In this document: positions 60,301-64,000 of the stretch, piece after piece | How positions within the stretch are numbered: position 1 is the stretch's first letter | Layout: each line of letters opens with the position of its first letter | Virus record (IMG/VR): IMGVR_UViG_3300009159_000059 | Length of the DNA: 64,000 bases | Source: an uncultured virus (IMG/VR IMGVR_UViG_3300009159_000059) | Taxonomy: Duplodnaviria > Heunggongvirae > Uroviricota > Caudoviricetes | Strand: one strand, 5' to 3' | The notes under the pieces: generated by a model | The model's input: the letters and a program-made list of their open reading frames with translations, nothing else | The model's database searches: none | What the model was told of the DNA's origin: nothing | Program-made: the position numbers and the translations under genes

Positions 60301-63300
60301 CCAATTCAGACACTTATATAATATCGACCGATGGTATTAATTGGACTGTGTCATCATTTCCAAGCAGCACATCTAGAAATTGGCAAGCTACTACATTTGG
60401 CTTAGGCCTTTTTGTGGCTATAAACTATAGTGCTAATCCGCCGCTATCTTTAACCTCTAGCGATGGTGTTACTTGGGTCAGCAACACGATGCCTTTGGTT
60501 GGAAAGTATTCAAGGGTGATTTTTGGAAATGGCTTCTTCCTTGCGCTAATTGAAGAATCAACATATGGAGCTCTATCGTACGATGGTAGAACATGGTCTA
60601 CAGTAACTCTACCATACTCTTCTAGTTGGAAAAATGGTGTTTATGCTCACGATATGTTTATAGTTTCTGACCTCGGTAATAATCAGAACTATATCACATC
60701 GCCATGTAAGAAAACGCCTACGCCTACACCGTCAGGAACATATACTTGGCATTACGTAATATCAGGTTTAAATACTAGAGGCCAACTAGGGTTAAGCGAT
60801 ATAGCGGACAGAGACCAATTTATAGCCCAATCGTGGAATACATTACCAGTAAATTCAAACGATTTTCCTTGTATCAGCCATGGCTACGATCATACGATGA
60901 TGGTGAAAACTGACGGTAGTTTATACGCTTATGGTAACAATGATAGAGGCCAATTAGGCTTGCCGACATCGATGGGAGCTTATTTAAACGTTCCAGTTTT
61001 AGTGTCTGCCGGACCTTACCACACTGTTTCATGTGGATATAAATACTCTATAGCTGTTGCTGCTAACGGTGACATATTTGCAACAGGTGCGAACGAGAGT
61101 GGGCAATTAGGTGTCGGTGATTTAACAGACAAGATGGGCCTGACCCAATTGGTCGGCTATAAAGCATACATCGGCACAGATCCAAAGGTAGGCGCTACGC
61201 CATGTGTAGCCACAGGAAAAACAGCGACAGTGATGGTGTTATTAATAAGAATGACGAGTGGTGATTTAATACCAAGATACTATTCATGGGGTCTAAATCA
61301 ATCTGGCCAACTAGGCCAATCTAATAGTGACTACTCTTATCAGACATCGACCCCTAGTGAGATAGCAAACCTTAACGCCTCTACACAACCTGCAGTATAT
61401 GGCGGAATATTGAATCATCATTTCTTTGCAATAGCTTTAGATTCAGACTATAATCACATCTTCTGTGGATGGGGTAATAATGACCGCGGCCAGCTGGGCA
61501 ACGCCTTAATTAACATAGATAACCCTATGCTTGGGGCTGTAAGTGGATGGTCGAGTGATTCAATAAAAATATTTAATGTGGCTATCGGACAAAGTTTTAC
61601 AGCCTTTATTGCGCAGACTGGGATAGGAAGCCCCGCATCACTATTGATCTCTGGTGCTAATGACCGCGGCCAAATCGGAGTCCCAGTTGGTAATTCCACT
61701 AATATCTTTACAGAAGTTCCATTTCCAGTGAATTACACAAGCTGGGATAAAATAAGTGCTGGTGCTGATTTTATTTATGCTACCGCCAGACAGACTGGTA
61801 GCCGAAATACTTTTGGCTGGGGCGACAACACATATGGTCAACTAGATGGCGGACCTACAGCTCCTAACAGTTATATCTCGCCAACATTATTAGATGCACG
61901 AGAATCTGAGACATTAAACACTAACCATCTTGGTTTCGGATTTGGCGGGTATTGGGCTTATTATACCGATACACCATCAGCGAGTGCATGCGCAATACGC
62001 TTAAAATATAATGGAGTGTCGACGAGAATAGGATCAAATGGTTTATCGTTCGCTGTCGGTGATGTAATAACCGTTGCCGGTATAGGCGGCCTTGGTGCTT
62101 GGTCTTCTGTCGATGGTGTGTATAAAATAAAAGATTTTGACAACACTAATGGGATGATTGTCGAGTGCGTTTCGCCAGGGTGTTTTAATGGCTGGAATAC
62201 AGCGAGTGGTTCCTTAGCTGCCCCGATAGTCATGGGTAGAGCTATAACATCAAATGGTGGCGCTGTGGTAACATCTACAGCCACGACGGGTAACGTACCA
62301 TGGGAAGTGAATTTTTATTGCAACGTGACCCCTACTCCAACTCCTACTCCGACCCCGACGCCAACTCCGACGCCAACTCCGACGCCATCAGCCGGTGGCT
62401 CTGCTTTTGCAGCTGGTGCCGCTGGCCTTATCTCAGCCAAATTAGGAGTCATAACTCCTAAATTCACTAAATTTTCACCTGACAATACATCTTGGAAATT
62501 CGCAGCTGTCGATAGTTTTTATGGCGCGTTCCTTATTAAATCAGATGGTACACTATGGGGCTCTGGGTATAATACTTACGGCCAACTCGGTACTGGTACA
62601 AATAAGACCGTTACAGATATGGTTCAGATTGGTACTGACAATGATTGGAAATTCATAACCGCCGACGCAGCATCAACCATTGCTATGAAGGATGACGGTA
62701 CTATATATGGCGCTGGCTACAATGACTCTGGAACACTTGGTTTGGGTGACCGACTACCACGGATGTTCTTTACTTTAATAAATTCTGATACTTGGTTGAC
62801 GATAAAAACATATCGACACCAAACCGTGGGTGTGCGTTCAGATGGTAAACTGTTTATATGGGGCTTATTTAGTGACGTATTTTATTCTAGTAACAATATA
62901 AATAGTCCACCTAGAGATGTGCCATTTGAACTGGTAGATGCCGGAAGTGGTTATATAAAAGCAGATTGCGGATATAATACTTTGTATGCCATAAAGTCTG
63001 ATGGTTCATTATATGGTATGGGTGAAAATGGGTCAGCCCAGATAATGATGCCGCCAAGTACTATAATAGAAAGTATGACTAAATTAACTTCATCAGAGAA
63101 TTGGGTTGATATTGCAGCCAGCGACCAAGCACTACTATTGCTAAATGATATTGGTGAGATCTTTTCGTTTGGTATAGGGGAAGTATTAGGGACAGGTAAA
63201 CGGTATACTCCTAATGGTCTTGAAAAAATCGATAAGGATTTTAAATATACAAAGGTATTCGCTACAACCAATGTCGCCGGAGCATTAAAAACTAACAAAA

Positions 63301-64000
63301 GGTTAATGGTTTGGGGAAATAATTATTACAATGCGCTTTCTTTAGCCTTGGTAAATAAAATAAGCACACCACAAATATCAAGGCCAGACAATATGTATGA
63401 TCATGTGGCCTTGTCGGCGACATTTTCTATAGCCATCGGTGCTGTCAATTTAACACCTACACCTACGCCTACAATACCAAATGTTTTATATGTAAATGGT
63501 CGCAATATTTATGGTAATTTGGCTACTGGCGATACCATCGGTAGAGGTTCTTTTTATGAAATATTGAGAGATAATGCCAAAGCTGCAGCAGCCTCAGAGA
63601 GTGCTTGCGCTGTTGTAAAATCAGACGGTACATTATGGACAGCGGGAACTAATTTTAATGGCATATTGGGGCAAGGAAGCAACAATATGCTAAAACAATA
63701 TACATTAATGCAAGTTGGAACAGATACTAATTGGGTGAATGTAGAATCAAACAGCCTCTCCGCGTTTGCAGCATACAAAGAAAATGGTGACATATATGTC
63801 TGGGGCCAGTCAGGTGTACCTGATTTAATACCTTTTAACGCGTCGAATCCGGGAATCTTTACTAGCCCAACACTTGTGGCTCTTGCAGATATTTCAAAAA
63901 TAGTGTATCTATATATAACTGATCTAATAGTTATTAAAGACAATGGGTCTTTATGGGCTCAGGGAAATAATTCTAACGGTAACCTTGGGCTTGGAGCGAA
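57348..64000 (+). CDS. 3'-truncated giant (>2200 aa) fibre/appendage protein: Mtd_N, FG-GAP, multiple RCC1 propellers, PT and GGT linkers
   Basis: ATG 57348 gives MSIKIQVRRDTASNW...GEIGLETDT. Frame spot-checked at 59820, 60660, 61920, 62280 and 63960 (QGNNSNGNLGLG). Absence from the ORF track fits there being no stop in the window. Confidence 0.85.
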   Translation, partial: MSIKIQVRRDTASNWLSVNPILSSGEIGLETDTLRFKYGDGTLKWEDLPYPSIGGGSVQSISAGYGLLGGIITSQGEINVDGNIALDVLSEQALANKAFKNKSGTFTNIFVDNGILNLDLSASNNFIVNFEEDIDSFTTSNNPENGMAFVITLVLNITTGSAVTWPSNIIWPDNVFPTSSAVGTTDIFKLLTIDGGSSFYAYIVGQGYNTNSIPPNFLDEFLSPSDGKPGDGFGISAAISKDGRTAVVGSIYNQYSGAAYVFRRSDNRWLQIAKLLGEDNESAFGTSVAISEYGDVIAVGAPQEGTNDIGAAYIFTEANDSWLNNKIIPEDSADITAKNLVRLFGSSVSLSNDGTLLIVGAPDFDVPDNQNTGAVYVFRSDGPPTPPPPPINNYYIYGTGKNTDCELGLGDKNNRALFTLIKSATPLQIAVGKNYALYIKHDGTLWATGKTGLGLPSDPMNQSYRNFIQLGSDYWLDVKANNKGTTLLINADGSLWGCGYNQDGNLGIGITTNVNDLIMLDDNNWRAISCCSSSSYGIKSDGTLWSWGDNTYGQLGHGDLYPRLYPAEVGVDAGTFGTNVTGGTGGTGGTGGTGGTGGTGGTNPVYTDWVYISQGSSAHHVFAIRNDGTNATQEDGTLWAWGKNNLYQLGLNDTIDRSTPTRVNSEFWIKVEAGTDSSAGITSAGELFVWGYNSYGELGLNDVVVRPIPTRNAFFPAFFSDLSFNGHTLIALDTIGYMYGAGFNYYGQLSQGFFSANDPSNQIRMLTQITKSGGWIIATILDSLIASRDSLLPPPVAGPTPTPVTPTPTPTSTPTPTPTPTPTPTPTPAECATVWTGRTLPGLSIGTIAASPDKIVITTADGGTAAVSTDGINWSLSSIPSTTWVDAMYANNLFLVSGYDAVNVGTQRLISSPDGINWTPIALPIGIAGKMASGNSIYLIFSVWGTSFLRSNDLITWLPGTLPTPIDWICAQVIHNGVYFLATSSNSDTYIISTDGINWTVSSFPSSTSRNWQATTFGLGLFVAINYSANPPLSLTSSDGVTWVSNTMPLVGKYSRVIFGNGFFLALIEESTYGALSYDGRTWSTVTLPYSSSWKNGVYAHDMFIVSDLGNNQNYITSPCKKTPTPTPSGTYTWHYVISGLNTRGQLGLSDIADRDQFIAQSWNTLPVNSNDFPCISHGYDHTMMVKTDGSLYAYGNNDRGQLGLPTSMGAYLNVPVLVSAGPYHTVSCGYKYSIAVAANGDIFATGANESGQLGVGDLTDKMGLTQLVGYKAYIGTDPKVGATPCVATGKTATVMVLLIRMTSGDLIPRYYSWGLNQSGQLGQSNSDYSYQTSTPSEIANLNASTQPAVYGGILNHHFFAIALDSDYNHIFCGWGNNDRGQLGNALINIDNPMLGAVSGWSSDSIKIFNVAIGQSFTAFIAQTGIGSPASLLISGANDRGQIGVPVGNSTNIFTEVPFPVNYTSWDKISAGADFIYATARQTGSRNTFGWGDNTYGQLDGGPTAPNSYISPTLLDARESETLNTNHLGFGFGGYWAYYTDTPSASACAIRLKYNGVSTRIGSNGLSFAVGDVITVAGIGGLGAWSSVDGVYKIKDFDNTNGMIVECVSPGCFNGWNTASGSLAAPIVMGRAITSNGGAVVTSTATTGNVPWEVNFYCNVTPTPTPTPTPTPTPTPTPTPSAGGSAFAAGAAGLISAKLGVITPKFTKFSPDNTSWKFAAVDSFYGAFLIKSDGTLWGSGYNTYGQLGTGTNKTVTDMVQIGTDNDWKFITADAASTIAMKDDGTIYGAGYNDSGTLGLGDRLPRMFFTLINSDTWLTIKTYRHQTVGVRSDGKLFIWGLFSDVFYSSNNINSPPRDVPFELVDAGSGYIKADCGYNTLYAIKSDGSLYGMGENGSAQIMMPPSTIIESMTKLTSSENWVDIAASDQALLLLNDIGEIFSFGIGEVLGTGKRYTPNGLEKIDKDFKYTKVFATTNVAGALKTNKRLMVWGNNYYNALSLALVNKISTPQISRPDNMYDHVALSATFSIAIGAVNLTPTPTPTIPNVLYVNGRNIYGNLATGDTIGRGSFYEILRDNAKAAAASESACAVVKSDGTLWTAGTNFNGILGQGSNNMLKQYTLMQVGTDTNWVNVESNSLSAFAAYKENGDIYVWGQSGVPDLIPFNASNPGIFTSPTLVALADISKIVYLYITDLIVIKDNGSLWAQGNNSNGNLGLGA
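59091..59153 (+). repeat. (GGCGGCACT)6 plus 1 variant encoding a (GGT)7 linker
   Basis: Read directly. Confidence 0.95.

Noticed and set aside
54362..64000. Diversity-generating retroelement suggested by the Mtd_N domains
   Set aside because: No reverse transcriptase or TR/VR repeat pair was seen in this window; Mtd_N is a generic fibre anchor.

Overview
AT-rich, densely coding, almost entirely + strand segment that looks like part of a large (jumbo/huge) tailed phage genome with T4-like elements; it reads in standard code 11. All family assignments are motif recognition from memory; no database was searched. 1-10 kb: giant modular virion/appendage proteins built of Pro-Thr linkers, RCC1, YVTN and FG-GAP propellers; one has an N-terminal NAL1-like serine protease. 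10-14 kb: a GT2/Maf-like fusion, a single-pass membrane protein and an actin-fold ATPase that resembles haloarchaeal volactin. 14-32 kb: replication/recombination block with DnaE split into two genes without an intein, KdsB, RecA, DnaB/gp41-type helicase, GroES, an exonuclease-less PolA domain, UvsY-like and gp32-like proteins, a Holliday junction resolvase and many Zn-finger ORFs. 34-41 kb: glycosylation cluster (several glycosyltransferases, a sulfotransferase, Gmd). 41-64 kb: late/structural block with a gp13-like neck protein and a tandem array of paralogous fibre genes, the last (>2200 aa) running off the window. Most notable: the phage volactin-like actin with a candidate membrane anchor, the split DnaE with a degenerate duplicated segment, and a possible virion glycosylation/sulfation system acting on mucin-like, Cys-bracketed modular appendages. 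No tRNA, rRNA, CRISPR array or IS element was recognised.
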